DNA of 64,000 nt from a bacterium (GTDB lineage: Bacteria; Zhuqueibacterota; Zhuqueibacteria; Zhuqueibacterales; Zhuqueibacteraceae), in the NCBI GenBank assembly GCA_044869275.1, contig JBIOXB010000195.1, positions 1 to 64,000 on the forward strand, in the 5' to 3' direction. Numbering within the stretch: position 1 is the stretch's first letter; each line of letters opens with the position of its first letter. Shown piece after piece: positions 40,121-51,048 of the stretch. The notes beneath the pieces were generated by a model, which made no database searches, had not been told where the DNA came from, and saw nothing but the letters and a program-made list of their open reading frames with translations. The position numbers and the translations under genes were made by a program.

Positions 40121-40975
40121 TCAGGGAGAATTTTTTTTGTTCCCCACAGGGGCCTTCGTTTCAGATTTGGGCACGGGCGGCACCGGCGGAACCGGATAAG
40201 TGGAGCCCGGCGGAGGCAGGGGATGCTCAAAACGAAAACTATCCGGCATAGGAACGAAACCATGCGGCTCGAGCTCGATGGGCAGATGGCCGGAAGTTTC
40301 AGAAATTTCTCTGAGGAGGACTTCGATGCGCGGCGGCATCGGGGGCGGGGGCTGCCGCGAGAACACGGTGGCGAGACTTTCGGCGAGGTGTACCTGCACG
40401 CGCACGCCAACCATTCGCGCCAGCGCGGCGGTGTCGATTTTCACGACAAAGTTGGGCTCGACGCGATAAAACGAACGGTGCGGAAAGGGCGCAAGCGTCG
40501 GCGCCCAGCCGGAATCAGTCATGGTCTGCTCCCAACGCGCCTGGAATTTCTCGAAAGCATGCATGCGCTCGGCGAATTTTTGCAGGCGTTTTTCATCTTG
40601 CCTGACTCGCACCTCCGCCCACCGCAGCGCGGCCAGGGAGCTGTCGATTTTTTCCTGCGGCAAGGGCCTGCCTTCCGCTTCCGCATTCAGCACCACCGCG
40701 GCAAACTGCTCGAGGTGGTCTTGATCCACCCGCCCTTCCAGAGCTCGTGCACGCATCGCGTCAAACTCTTCCTGCACTTCCCGTTCTTTTTCTTTCGGCA
40801 CCATCGCCAAAAGCTTATTGCCCAAGACCTCCAGCGCGGTGTTCAAAACTTGATCCTTGATCCGGTCTTTGGGATAAAACAGAAAAAGAATGAAGCTTGA
40901 AACCAGAATGACGCCCAAAGCTTTGAGCAGATTGGGAATGAGGTCTTTCATAGAGTATTTCACGATCGCAGCCAT
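40121..40975 (-). CDS. Hypothetical membrane-anchored protein with Pro-rich tail
   Basis: N-terminal TM; long ORF co-oriented with neighbours. Confidence 0.65.
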   Translation of the reverse strand: MAAIVKYSMKDLIPNLLKALGVILVSSFILFLFYPKDRIKDQVLNTALEVLGNKLLAMVPKEKEREVQEEFDAMRARALEGRVDQDHLEQFAAVVLNAEAEGRPLPQEKIDSSLAALRWAEVRVRQDEKRLQKFAERMHAFEKFQARWEQTMTDSGWAPTLAPFPHRSFYRVEPNFVVKIDTAALARMVGVRVQVHLAESLATVFSRQPPPPMPPRIEVLLREISETSGHLPIELEPHGFVPMPDSFRFEHPLPPPGSTYPVPPVPPVPKSETKAPVGNKKNSP

Positions 40976-41049
40976 TTGAGGCGATACTGATGTTCTTTAG
41001 ACCGCGGCGGGCGGAAAAAAGTTTGCGTGCCACACGCAGATATTTTGAC

Positions 41050-42153
41050 TCACTCATCCCCGAAGCTCGTTCCCACTGCTCGTGCGGCGCGCACCAAACG
41101 ATGATTTCTCGGCACCAGCTTGAGCTGGGAGATGCAAGTCTCAAGTGGTATGCTCACAATCTCCGCGCCTTGCAGCGCCACCATTTTGCCGAATTCGTTT
41201 TCGGCGCACAAACGCACGGCTTCGGCGCCGAAGGTCGTTGCCAGCATGCGATCATGCGCCGTCGGGTTGCCGCCGCGCTGCAAATGCCCCAAAACCGTGA
41301 CACGCGTTTCCAATTCCGTGTCGCGCGCGATGCGTTCCGCCACGACTTCACCTGCGCCGCCCAGGCGCTTGGCGTCGGTGCGCTTGACGTCCATTTCGCG
41401 CACGATCTCCCCCACCTCTGGAATCTTGGCGCCTTCGGCGACGCACACAATGCTGAAGCGCTTGCCACGGGTGCTGCGCTCAATTACTTTGTGATTCACC
41501 GCTTCCCACGTAAACGGAATCTCAGGTATCAATATAATATCCGCGCCGCCAGCCAAACCCGCGCTCACGGCGATCCAGCCGGCATAGCGCCCCATCACTT
41601 CAATCACCATGATGCGATGGTGCGAGGAGGCCGTGGTGTGCAGGCGGTCGATCGCTTCCGTGGCGACGCTCACCGCGGTGTCATAACCAAACGTGACGTC
41701 CGTGCCGTATAAATCATTGTCGATCGTTTTGGGCACGCCGACGATATTCAAGCCGGCTTCAACGAGTTTCTTGCAAATGTGCATGCTGCCGTCGCCGCCG
41801 GTGACGATCAGCGCATTCAAACCCCAGCGTTTGTAATTTTTGATGGCGCGCGCCGAAGCATCGACGATCTGGGTTTTGCCGTCCGGCGCTTCGTCGGGAT
41901 AGTGCCACGGGTCGCCCTTATTGGACGTCCCCAAGATCGTTCCACCTTGATGGACGATGCCCGAGACATCCGCGTTGGTGAGCTCGCGCATGCGGCCTTC
42001 GACCAAGCCTTCGAAGCCGTCCTCGATGCCGATTACGGTGGCGCCATATTCGTTCATTGCCGGCTTGGCCACGGCGCGAATGACGGCATTCAAACCCGGA
42101 CAATCGCCGCCGCCGGTCAGAATTCCTATCCGTCGCAGAGTCTTTCCTGTCAT
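41050..42153 (-). CDS. pfkA: 6-phosphofructokinase (GGDG form, probably ATP-dependent)
   Basis: TGGGDCPGLN, GGDGS, PKTIDND, EVMGR, LGHLQRGG. Confidence 0.95.
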   Translation of the reverse strand: MTGKTLRRIGILTGGGDCPGLNAVIRAVAKPAMNEYGATVIGIEDGFEGLVEGRMRELTNADVSGIVHQGGTILGTSNKGDPWHYPDEAPDGKTQIVDASARAIKNYKRWGLNALIVTGGDGSMHICKKLVEAGLNIVGVPKTIDNDLYGTDVTFGYDTAVSVATEAIDRLHTTASSHHRIMVIEVMGRYAGWIAVSAGLAGGADIILIPEIPFTWEAVNHKVIERSTRGKRFSIVCVAEGAKIPEVGEIVREMDVKRTDAKRLGGAGEVVAERIARDTELETRVTVLGHLQRGGNPTAHDRMLATTFGAEAVRLCAENEFGKMVALQGAEIVSIPLETCISQLKLVPRNHRLVRAARAVGTSFGDE

Positions 42154-42371
42154 AGTTGCCTTGCTCCAGTATCGAAACGGGAATGATTCCAATCATGACT
42201 AAAACGCTTTCAATGTGCGGCAAGGCCGTGCAAAATGCAAGCGGAAATTTTGCCGTGCGCGGGCTTTTCAGATGGAATTTTCGCTTGAAAATAGCGGCAT
42301 TCCTTGCTATGTTGCCCACCAATAGTTTCAGCCCACCCGCAGGCAGCGCGAAAATTATCCATTCGGGCCTT

Positions 42372-43046
42372 ATGAAGAAAAAGACCGGACTGGCGACACA
42401 GGCGATCGAAGATTATCTGAAAGCGATCCACGAGCTGCAGGCGCGCGCGGCCAAAGTATCCACTTCGGCGCTCGCCCGGCGTTTGCAGGTCGCACAAGCA
42501 TCGGTCACCGGCATGATCAAAAAGCTGGCGGACATGAAGCTGGTGGAATACTCGCGCTATCAAGGGGTCAAATTAACCGAGGCCGGCGAAAAAATCGCGC
42601 TGGAGGTGATTCGCCATCATCGCCTGCTGGAATTGTACCTGGCAGAGGCCATGGGCTACAGCTGGGACAAGGTTCACGAGGAAGCAGAGCGATTGGAGCA
42701 TTATATCTCGGAAGAATTCGAAGACAAGATCGACCAGTTTTTGGGCCGTCCCACCGTGGACCCGCACGGCTCACCTATTCCCACGAAAGAAGGCAAGCTG
42801 CCCTTGCCCAAAGGCTTTGCCCTTTCCGATTCCCAGCCCGGCGAGCGTCTGATCGTGTTGCGGGTATCCGATCGCGATCCGGAGAAGCTGCGTTATTTGG
42901 GCCAGATTGGCATTTATCCGCAGAGCGAAATCAAGGTTATGGGCACAGCGCCTTTCAACGGGCCGATTCACATTCAAGTGAGCGGCGTTTTTCACCACCT
43001 CGGCCGCGAGATTTCGGACGCTATTTTTGTCGAGCGTGCGGAGTGA
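42372..43046 (+). CDS. DtxR/MntR metal-dependent repressor with FeoA domain
   Basis: EDYLKAI, RHHRLLE, EAERLEH, DPHGSPIP. Confidence 0.95.
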   Translation: MKKKTGLATQAIEDYLKAIHELQARAAKVSTSALARRLQVAQASVTGMIKKLADMKLVEYSRYQGVKLTEAGEKIALEVIRHHRLLELYLAEAMGYSWDKVHEEAERLEHYISEEFEDKIDQFLGRPTVDPHGSPIPTKEGKLPLPKGFALSDSQPGERLIVLRVSDRDPEKLRYLGQIGIYPQSEIKVMGTAPFNGPIHIQVSGVFHHLGREISDAIFVERAE

Positions 43047-43302
43047 ATCTGCGCCTGCCAACGTCCGAAGCACAATGCACAAATCTCAAAACCCCAGCAG
43101 CCCATTAGAATTTTGGAATTGAAAACTTGCGTTTGGAAATCTGGCAGCGCAAGCAAACACACCGGCTGCTGCCATCATAATTTCCCCTGCTCCCGCTCCC
43201 GCACTTTCTTTCCGTTGCTTGTAATCTCCCCTTAAGCATTGAAACCGTGCCACCCGGCCTCCTGCCCGGTGGGAAAAACTCACGTTTTTGGAGATCGGCG
43301 TT

Positions 43303-44094
43303 ATGAAGAAAATCGTCACCTCGATGGTGTTGCTGACCTTTGCCGCCACCATCTTTTTACAGGATGTTGTGGCTGCAGGACCCCGGACGAACGAGCCGGC
43401 GAGCGCGGGAGCGACGTATTCTTTGGCCGTGCTGGAGCTGGAAAGCAGCGGGCCCGTTTCATCTTCCGACGCAAGCCGTCTGACCGAGCGTTTGCGCGGC
43501 GAATTCGGCGGAGCCGGAATTTTTGAGGTGATGAGCAAAGGCCAGTTGGAAACGGTGTTGCAAGCCGCGGGCCTCAGCATTACGGGTTGCAGCACGCAAG
43601 AGTGCGCCTTGCAAGCCGGTCGCGCCGCGGCCACCAAACTCGTGACCTTCGGCAGCATCAGCAAAACCGGATCGAGCTATGATCTGCAAATACAAATGAT
43701 ACACGTGAAAAGCGGCCAGATCGTGCAAACCGTACGGGAAAGTTTTAGCGGCGAGTACGATGCACTCGAAGCGCACATGGCGACCGTGGCCCGCAAGTTG
43801 ATGGGCACATCCGGTGCCGGCGCCGCTTCTACCGGCGGCAGCAAGGCAGGCCAGGAAGCTTCACGCCAAACCGCCGCGGAAAGCCCAAGCTCGTGGGACA
43901 CCTCCTCGAGTGATTCCTATTCTGAAAATTCCAATAGCGGCGGCGGCAAAGCGCTCATCATCGGGCTGGCTGCGGTCGGCCTGGTTGGCGGCGGCATTTT
44001 GATCAGCCAAGCGCTAAAGGATGATGGCAACGGCACGGTCAACCCTCCGCCACCGCCGGGCGGTACTTTGCCGAATCCGCCGACGTTTCCGTAA
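43303..44094 (+). CDS. Secreted CsgG/DUF2380-like protein
   Basis: Signal peptide; CxxxxCAxxAG motif; Ser-rich linker; C-terminal hydrophobic segment and Pro-rich end. Confidence 0.75.
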   Translation: MKKIVTSMVLLTFAATIFLQDVVAAGPRTNEPASAGATYSLAVLELESSGPVSSSDASRLTERLRGEFGGAGIFEVMSKGQLETVLQAAGLSITGCSTQECALQAGRAAATKLVTFGSISKTGSSYDLQIQMIHVKSGQIVQTVRESFSGEYDALEAHMATVARKLMGTSGAGAASTGGSKAGQEASRQTAAESPSSWDTSSSDSYSENSNSGGGKALIIGLAAVGLVGGGILISQALKDDGNGTVNPPPPPGGTLPNPPTFP

Positions 44095-44444
44095 AAGCGG
44101 TTTTTTTCTCCGTTTCTTGAACGAGGCTGTGCAAAGGCAGGGAGCGCCAAAATTAGCAGCAAGATTCTCGTCAGGCAGAAGTTTCAAGACTGGCACCGGC
44201 AGCGAAATCGCAGAGGCTTGCCTTTTCGTCCGGCAGTGGCAGCCTTTGACAACGGCGAGACCCACTTCCCTGTTGCACAGAAAAGGTCCGGTCATACGCT
44301 TCAATTCACCGCACACTTCGACAACTGGTTCGTGGGGCAACTCGCCGGCACGGCGTGCGCCATCTGCGCCGTCGTAATCGCGCCCGCTTCCGCCTGAATA
44401 ATCCTTCTGGATCACTTGCAAAACCGTGTTTCATTTTCATACGC

Positions 44445-44530
44445 GGAACGGCATGGCGAGGTTTGGCCTGCGGGTCCAAATTTCTGCTTGTGTTTGCGCG
44501 GCCTGGCAAAGCGAGCCGCCATGCCGTTCC
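44445..44530. repeat. 14-bp perfect inverted repeat, REP-like
   Basis: GGAACGGCATGGCG ... CGCCATGCCGTTCC. Confidence 0.8.
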
Positions 44531-44742
44531 CAGCTTCAAAAATATCGCTTCATTCCTGAGTTATGGCGCCAAACGCCTGCCCTGCGCTTTTGTCTCAAGA
44601 GCGGCATCAAGATTGCAGGGCGAAGCCACAATCTGGCAAATCCCGTCGCGTTTCGCAAGTAGACACGAAGAAATACATTGAAGCTTTTCGGGATGAAAGC
44701 AGGCAGCAGCACAGGCTCGAACACTTAAACGAGGTGCAGTAC

Positions 44743-47700
44743 ATGAAACGATTGGTATTCCTTTTCACGGCGGCTTTGATCGCGTTGGGGAGCTCCGTGA
44801 TTTGGGCGCAACCCCAGCTCACCAGCATTACTTTTCTGAATGGTGGTGGCCAGCCCATCGACTGCTCGGGCGGCGGCACAGTGGCCGTGCAGTTGTTATT
44901 CAACAAAGCCATGAACAATGCCATTAAACCGTCGATCAAATATGGCTTGCAAGGCGGCGCCTATAATCTGAATGTGCCGTCAACCGGCAATTGGCAAGAC
45001 AGCACCCTGTTTCAAGTGGTGTTCAACGTCAACGCCAGCGTGCCGGCGGGTCCTGACGGCGTCTATTCTTTTCTGGTGTTCGGCGCGAAGGACACCGGCG
45101 GCGTGGCGATGGATTCCACATACAGCGACAGCTTGAACACGAACCTGCGCGTGTACCGCAATGGCAACGTCGTGGCCGGCAAGGACACGGTGAACTTCGG
45201 CTTGGTTACATTAGGCAAGAGCAAGCTGGACAGTGTGACCATTACCAATTCCGGCTGCAGCAACATCGCCATCAACTCGGCCGTGCTGCTCAACGAGACG
45301 CATTACGCGCTGCTCAACAGCTTCAATGGCGTGGTCGTGAGGGACAGCAGCATCGTGGCGCGCCTGCGCTACCAGCCCACCACGCGGCAATTCCACCAAA
45401 CGCTCCTGCGCGTTATTTTCACCGCCAACGGCGTTAAAGACACGCTCGAAGTCGTTTTACGGGGCCGCGGCAAAGGTCCGCGCATCGCATTTGTGCCGCC
45501 GGTCAATCTCAATTTCTTCACCGTCAGCGTGGGCGACTCGCTGACGAAATATGCCTTGGTGGTCAACCCGCCCGCGCCGGAGCTGGCTTCCAACGATACC
45601 TTGCGCGTGAGCAATATTGTGTCCTCCTTGCCGGCTATTTTCCGGGTGAATCCGCAGGACTTTCCCATGGTGATTGCGCCGGCGGATACCGATACGGTGC
45701 GCGTGACTTTCGCGCCCAACGCCGCGAGTACTTTCAACGCCAGCCTCACTTTCACGACGAACGATTCCACTTTGCCGGCCTACAGCGTTTCCGTGGGAAT
45801 GGCAGGACAGGGTAAAGTCGAGCAGCCGCCCGCACCGATCACCCAACTCGATTGGACGCAGTACGGCGGCTATGCCGGGTATGCCTCGAGCGACACGCTG
45901 CTCTTTTGCCTGCCGGCCGGCCTCGATAGCGTCGCCTTCGTGCGCTGGAAGATCGACAGCCTCGCGGCGCCACCGCAAAGCCAGAACGATTACACCGGCA
46001 GCGTGATTCCTTTTCTCAGTGGCGGCACGCTGTGCTACAAAATCCCGCTCAAGGGCGTGTTGCTCGCCAACCGGCGCTATTACTTCTACCTTTGGCTGGA
46101 CGGCACGAACGGTGCTTCCGGCTGGTACAATTACTATTACAGCGCGCTCTATTATTACATTGGCGCGCCCGTGCTGACCAATCTCAACATCAGCGGCTTA
46201 TACTGGCCGGGCGGTTTTCCGTACTTCACGAACCTGAATTACCTTCCCGTCTGTTGGAATGTGGCCGACGGCCGCAATATTGCTGAAGTGCGATGGAAAC
46301 TGGTACGCACTCCCACTCCTCCCACCAGCGATGCCGACACCACAAACGGCGGCAGGGACAGTCTGGCGGTAAGTGATACCACGCTCACCCTGTCCTGCTC
46401 CAATTTGCTGTTCAGCAATGGATTGCAGCAAGGCTACTGGTATGTTTATGTGTGGTTGATTGACAAAGCGGGAAATTCCGGCTACGCCGGGGCCTCCTCC
46501 TTCAGCTTCAAGTACGATACCAACGCCCCGGGCCAGCCCGGCGCAATTACGCAGAACAGCCAGCGCAGTATTCCGGTCGCGATTTGGTTCGGCCAGAATA
46601 CAAATCTGCGCCTGCGCTTCAGTTTGCCTGTAAACGGCCGAGACGCGGCGCGCATGCGCTGGCGCTACAAGACAGCTCCGACGCCCCAGGACAGCACGTA
46701 CAACGGTGATGCGCTGCTGGCGCGCGCCAACATCGGCGCGGATAGTGCCGGCTTCTCGGTTTTGTTCAACGATCCCGCTTTGTGCGGCAACGACACTCTG
46801 TATTTCTGGTTGGCAGATTCGGCCGGCAATGCGAACTATTCGAACAATCAGTGGACGCCATATCTCTTCGACATGTGTCCGCCCACTCTCACGCGCGTGA
46901 AAAGCTTGAGCAACAATATCGCGCCGATCGGCCAGGCTTTCAATGATCGCTTGCTGGTGCAGGATCCGGATGCCGGCGTCGATACCGTGTGGGTCAACTA
47001 TCGCCTGGGCGGCGCCAGCACCGATGCTCCTCCGATTCCGGCGTTCCGCGTCGGCACCACGGATTCTTTCCAGTTCACCATTCCGATGGCCGGCGTCACG
47101 CGTCGCGGCATCGAATTCCGCGCCACCGCTCGCGATCAAGTGTTGGCGGCGTACAACGGCCCCAACACCACCAACGGCCCAACGAATGCTCCGACCTGCT
47201 ACAATTCTACCGGCGCCCAAAATGCCAACAGCAGTGCGGCAGATAGTGCCATGTACTGGTATCCCATTCGCACCCGTGCTCTCGGCGACGGCGATTTCCG
47301 CGTCGATACGAATGGCAATCCCGTGCCTTTGGTTTACGGAGATACCACCGGCAGCTATCAGTTGTTCTCCATTCCGTATCAGCTCGACAATACCAATGCG
47401 CTCAACGCATTGCAGGATGATCTCGGCGCGTACGATGCCACGCAATGGCGTCTGTTCGATTACCTGCCGCAGAATCAATTGATCAATCCCTGGCTGGAAG
47501 GCGCCGCTGTCCGGCCCTTCATTCCCGGCCGTTCGTTCTTCATCATCACGCGCAAAGCCAACATCGTGTTGGACAGCGGTCCGGGCGTGACCCGGCGCAC
47601 CGTCTGCCCCGACACCTTAACCGTCATCGCAGGTTGGAATTTGATCGCGACACCGTTCAACTTCCCGGTGCACAAGCGCTCGTTGCGTTTGATCAATGCC

Positions 47701-48657
47701 AATCAAGATACGGTCAGCCTATGGTCTTTTGAAAATCAGTGGACATTCACCGATGTCATGGACGCGTGGCGCGGCTACGCGATTTACGTGGTGCGCGGCC
47801 AGAACATTCCGGTGAATTTGCCCATTCAATTGATCGTGCAGCCCGTGGCAGTACCGGGTCGCATCGGTAAAGCCAGCGCACCGCAATTGGCGTGGCAGCG
47901 CGGCGAATGGGCCCTGCAAATTGCAGCACAGGCCAACGGCGCGCAGGATAATTACAACTGGGCCGGCGTGCGCCAGGGCGCAGCGCCAGGCTATGATGCA
48001 CACGAAATGGCGGAGCCGCCGGTGATTGGCGGTTACGTCTCCGTGTCTTTCCCGCACGCGGAATGGCAGCAGCCCGCCGGAAGTTTCTGCACGGATTTTC
48101 GCGCCAATGACGGCGAAGATCAAGTGTGGAAACTCGAAGTGGCGACCAATCAAACGCACAGCAACGTGCGCGTGCGCTTCGACTTCCTCGGCGATGTGCC
48201 CGCGGGAGCGAAAGTCTATGTGATTGACGAGGCGCTCGGCGCGGTGCAGGATCTGCGCGCGAACCCGGAATATACTTTCCGCAGCGGCTCGCAGCCCGTG
48301 CAAAAGCGCTTGAAGCTCGTGGTTGGCGGCCAGGAATTCGCCGCCAAAGAAGCGGGCAGCATTGCGCTGGTGCCGGCGAAGTTCGAAGTATTGCCGAACT
48401 ATCCCAATCCGTTCAATCCCGAAACCAGCATTCGCTACAACCTGTCGCAAAGCGCGCCGGTGCGTGTCGAAATCTTCGACCAGCTCGGCCGCCGCGTGCG
48501 CACGCTGGTGAATGGCGAAATGCAACAAGCGGGTTATCAGAGCAAACTCTGGGACGGCCGCGACGACGCCGGCCGTGTGGTGGCCACGGGCATTTACCTC
48601 TACAAGGTCACTGCCGGCAAGGAGTCGATTGCGAAGAAGATGTTGCTGCAGAAGTGA
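44743..48657 (+). CDS. Large secreted multi-Ig (ASH/choice-of-anchor D-like) protein with FlgD/T9SS-like CTD
   Basis: GAGGTG RBS; signal peptide; VNFG.V, FAP...TTND; NYPNPFNPET...WDGRDD...ATGIYLY. Confidence 0.88.
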   Translation: MKRLVFLFTAALIALGSSVIWAQPQLTSITFLNGGGQPIDCSGGGTVAVQLLFNKAMNNAIKPSIKYGLQGGAYNLNVPSTGNWQDSTLFQVVFNVNASVPAGPDGVYSFLVFGAKDTGGVAMDSTYSDSLNTNLRVYRNGNVVAGKDTVNFGLVTLGKSKLDSVTITNSGCSNIAINSAVLLNETHYALLNSFNGVVVRDSSIVARLRYQPTTRQFHQTLLRVIFTANGVKDTLEVVLRGRGKGPRIAFVPPVNLNFFTVSVGDSLTKYALVVNPPAPELASNDTLRVSNIVSSLPAIFRVNPQDFPMVIAPADTDTVRVTFAPNAASTFNASLTFTTNDSTLPAYSVSVGMAGQGKVEQPPAPITQLDWTQYGGYAGYASSDTLLFCLPAGLDSVAFVRWKIDSLAAPPQSQNDYTGSVIPFLSGGTLCYKIPLKGVLLANRRYYFYLWLDGTNGASGWYNYYYSALYYYIGAPVLTNLNISGLYWPGGFPYFTNLNYLPVCWNVADGRNIAEVRWKLVRTPTPPTSDADTTNGGRDSLAVSDTTLTLSCSNLLFSNGLQQGYWYVYVWLIDKAGNSGYAGASSFSFKYDTNAPGQPGAITQNSQRSIPVAIWFGQNTNLRLRFSLPVNGRDAARMRWRYKTAPTPQDSTYNGDALLARANIGADSAGFSVLFNDPALCGNDTLYFWLADSAGNANYSNNQWTPYLFDMCPPTLTRVKSLSNNIAPIGQAFNDRLLVQDPDAGVDTVWVNYRLGGASTDAPPIPAFRVGTTDSFQFTIPMAGVTRRGIEFRATARDQVLAAYNGPNTTNGPTNAPTCYNSTGAQNANSSAADSAMYWYPIRTRALGDGDFRVDTNGNPVPLVYGDTTGSYQLFSIPYQLDNTNALNALQDDLGAYDATQWRLFDYLPQNQLINPWLEGAAVRPFIPGRSFFIITRKANIVLDSGPGVTRRTVCPDTLTVIAGWNLIATPFNFPVHKRSLRLINANQDTVSLWSFENQWTFTDVMDAWRGYAIYVVRGQNIPVNLPIQLIVQPVAVPGRIGKASAPQLAWQRGEWALQIAAQANGAQDNYNWAGVRQGAAPGYDAHEMAEPPVIGGYVSVSFPHAEWQQPAGSFCTDFRANDGEDQVWKLEVATNQTHSNVRVRFDFLGDVPAGAKVYVIDEALGAVQDLRANPEYTFRSGSQPVQKRLKLVVGGQEFAAKEAGSIALVPAKFEVLPNYPNPFNPETSIRYNLSQSAPVRVEIFDQLGRRVRTLVNGEMQQAGYQSKLWDGRDDAGRVVATGIYLYKVTAGKESIAKKMLLQK

Positions 48658-48770
48658 TGCTGGTTGCTTGATTCTGGTAGCTGGTTACCAGCGACTCTGA
48701 CTCGCACTCATACTCCTACTCTGACTCGCTTTTGGATGGTACACGAGTAGGAGTGCAAAATACCATCAAC

Positions 48771-48808
48771 AAAACGCCACTTGCTTGATTTGAGCAAGTG
48801 GCGTTTTT
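48771..48808. terminator. Bidirectional intrinsic terminator
   Basis: AAAACGCCACTTGCT / AGCAAGTGGCGTTTTT between convergent genes. Confidence 0.88.
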
Positions 48809-48866
48809 GTTTTCTGCGCTTGATTCTTTTGTCCCCATTAAACTGGATTTTGGCACACTAAACTGC

Positions 48867-49643
48867 TTATTTCACCTTCGAGGCATTCAAAGCGCGCACC
48901 ACGATCTGTTCTTCCTTCAAATGTCGCCGCAACCGCAATAGAATAGCCCGTGCATTCGGCGTGTCGCTGTGAACACAAATTGTTTGCGCGGGCACCGGCA
49001 CTTCCCGGCCGTCAACCGAAATAGCTTTTTGTTCTTTGATGATCCGAATTGCTTGCCGGCACGCAACTTCGGGATCCGAGATCAATGCGCCCGTTTTCGC
49101 ACGGGGCCGCAACGTGCCATCGGATTCGTAGCAGCGATCGGCGAAGGCTTCGGCAGCAATGCGAAATCCCAGCTCTTGCCAGACTTTCAGCATTGTCGAT
49201 CCGCATAATCCCACCAAAATCAAACGGCGCTCCCATTTGGCGACACCCTGCGCGATGGCGGCAGCAACGCTTGCGTCTCGGGCAGCGACGTTGTATAAAG
49301 CCCCATGTGGTTTGACATGCTGCAGCTCGACGCCGAGTGCTTTCGCCATCCTGCCCAGCGTACGGACTTGTTCAAAGACAGTAGATTGAATATCCTCCTC
49401 GGTCAGTCGCATTTCCTCGCGGCCAAAATTAGCGCGGTCAGGATACGCGGGGTGAGCCCCAACGGCCACACCATGTTTCATGCAGAGCTCGAGAACGCGT
49501 GCCATCGTCTTCTCATCCCCGGCATGGCCGCCGCAAGCAATATTGGCGCTGGAAATGAGTTTGATGATTTCCTGTTCGCTGCCATCTGCTAGCCCATGCG
49601 GCTGCTCGCCAACGTCGGCGTTGATATCGATAGTCGCTTCCAT
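48867..49643 (-). CDS. pxpA: 5-oxoprolinase subunit A (LamB/YcsF)
   Basis: DINADVGE, SANIACGGHAGD, VKPHGALYN, EAFADR, TICVHSD. Confidence 0.95.
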   Translation of the reverse strand: MEATIDINADVGEQPHGLADGSEQEIIKLISSANIACGGHAGDEKTMARVLELCMKHGVAVGAHPAYPDRANFGREEMRLTEEDIQSTVFEQVRTLGRMAKALGVELQHVKPHGALYNVAARDASVAAAIAQGVAKWERRLILVGLCGSTMLKVWQELGFRIAAEAFADRCYESDGTLRPRAKTGALISDPEVACRQAIRIIKEQKAISVDGREVPVPAQTICVHSDTPNARAILLRLRRHLKEEQIVVRALNASKVK

Positions 49644-49692
49644 TTTTTCGTGTATTTCGTGAAGTTCGTGGTGAAATCTTGTGGAATTGAAA

Positions 49693-50973
49693 CTAAAAAG
49701 CCCGCACGTCAAGTTGACTGGCCCTGGTCTCGGGCATGAACAACATGAGCCCGGCTCCCAATAGAAAAAAGGCCGAGGTCAAAGCCAGGGCGCTGCCGAT
49801 GCCCCAAACATCGGCCATCGCCCCTATCGTGAATGGCGCCAATGCGCTGAAGGCACGACCTGCGTTATAAGCAAAACCTTGGGCGCTGCCGCGTACTTGC
49901 GTTGGAAACATTTCCGCCAACATCGCGCCGAATACGCTGAAATATCCATGGCCAAAGAACCCGATCACCGGGCCGAGCAGGAGCAGCATCGTGGCATTTC
50001 GGCCCAGATGTCCATAAAGAGGAACTAGGGCGGCGGCAGCAATGAGAAAGCTGATGAATGCCGGCTTTCTGCCGAAGCGATCGGCAAGAAATCCAAAGGA
50101 AACGTAGCCCAGAAAAGCGCCGGCTTGCATGGGAATGATCCACGTTGAACTTTTCACCATGGTCATGCCGGCACCGCCTTGCGCCGTCGAGCTCGACAAA
50201 AAAGCCGGTATCCACGTGAACAAACCCCAATAGGCGAACAGCACGCTGGCGGTCATGGAGGTCGCGACCAGGGTCTTTGGCAAAAGCGGGGAACGAAAGA
50301 TTTGGAGCAGAAAATCTCCGCGCGCAAGGGGGCGCAAGCCGTCATCTCTTCTCTGCCGGTTGGCGGCCTGCGCTTTTCGCGCAAGCCAGATGGCCGGTTC
50401 CGCGACCTGCTGGCGTATCCACAGCGTGAGCAATGCTGGCAAGATTCCCATTACAAAAAGAATGCGCCAGCCATACGCGGGCAAAAGGATTGCAGAAAAA
50501 AGCGCCGCCAAGATATAGCCGAGGGCCCAACCCGATTGCATCAGCCCGATGGCTTTGCCGCGATGCTCTGCCGGCCAGGTTTCCGCCACCAAGACCGAGC
50601 CTGCTGACCACTCGCCACCCAAACCGAGGCCGACCAATGATCTCCATAATATGAGTTCCGGAAGGCTGCGTGCGGTCGCGGTGAGCGCCGTAAAGCCTGA
50701 GTAGATCAGTATGGCATAAACCAATGCTTTCACACGACCGATTTTATCAGCGAGCACACCTAACAAAACTCCACCCATTGCAGAGGTCAGCAGCGTGAGT
50801 GAAGCAAGGCCTCCGGCGGCAGCGCGGCTCAATTGAAACTCTTCGCGAATAGCGGTCAAGGCAAAGGCATAGAGCATCACGTCCATGGCATCGAGCATCC
50901 AGCCCAGCATGGCGGCGGATAGTGATTTCCATTGTTCGCGGGTGATGGAGCGATACCAGGCTTGGGGATTCAT
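49693..50973 (-). CDS. MFS transporter (organic/aromatic acid type)
   Basis: GWMLDAMD, LADKIGR, GLGGEW, ADRFGRK. Confidence 0.93.
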   Translation of the reverse strand: MNPQAWYRSITREQWKSLSAAMLGWMLDAMDVMLYAFALTAIREEFQLSRAAAGGLASLTLLTSAMGGVLLGVLADKIGRVKALVYAILIYSGFTALTATARSLPELILWRSLVGLGLGGEWSAGSVLVAETWPAEHRGKAIGLMQSGWALGYILAALFSAILLPAYGWRILFVMGILPALLTLWIRQQVAEPAIWLARKAQAANRQRRDDGLRPLARGDFLLQIFRSPLLPKTLVATSMTASVLFAYWGLFTWIPAFLSSSTAQGGAGMTMVKSSTWIIPMQAGAFLGYVSFGFLADRFGRKPAFISFLIAAAALVPLYGHLGRNATMLLLLGPVIGFFGHGYFSVFGAMLAEMFPTQVRGSAQGFAYNAGRAFSALAPFTIGAMADVWGIGSALALTSAFFLLGAGLMLFMPETRASQLDVRAF

Positions 50974-51048
50974 AAGGCCAACGTGACTCAACATCTAGGT
51001 TGAGACTCAGGTCGAGGTAATTCTTGCACGCGCAATATGAATGTTGCG

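Noticed and set aside
44610..44690. c-di-GMP-I riboswitch (GGCAAA...CGCAAG)
   Set aside because: The P2 stem with GNRA loop and the P3 tetraloop receptor cannot be built
46198..47478. 426-aa antisense ORF and similar long shadow ORFs (e.g. 18319..19275, 27655..28548, 59492..60391)
   Set aside because: Fully opposite well-supported genes and without motifs; expected from GC-rich codon bias
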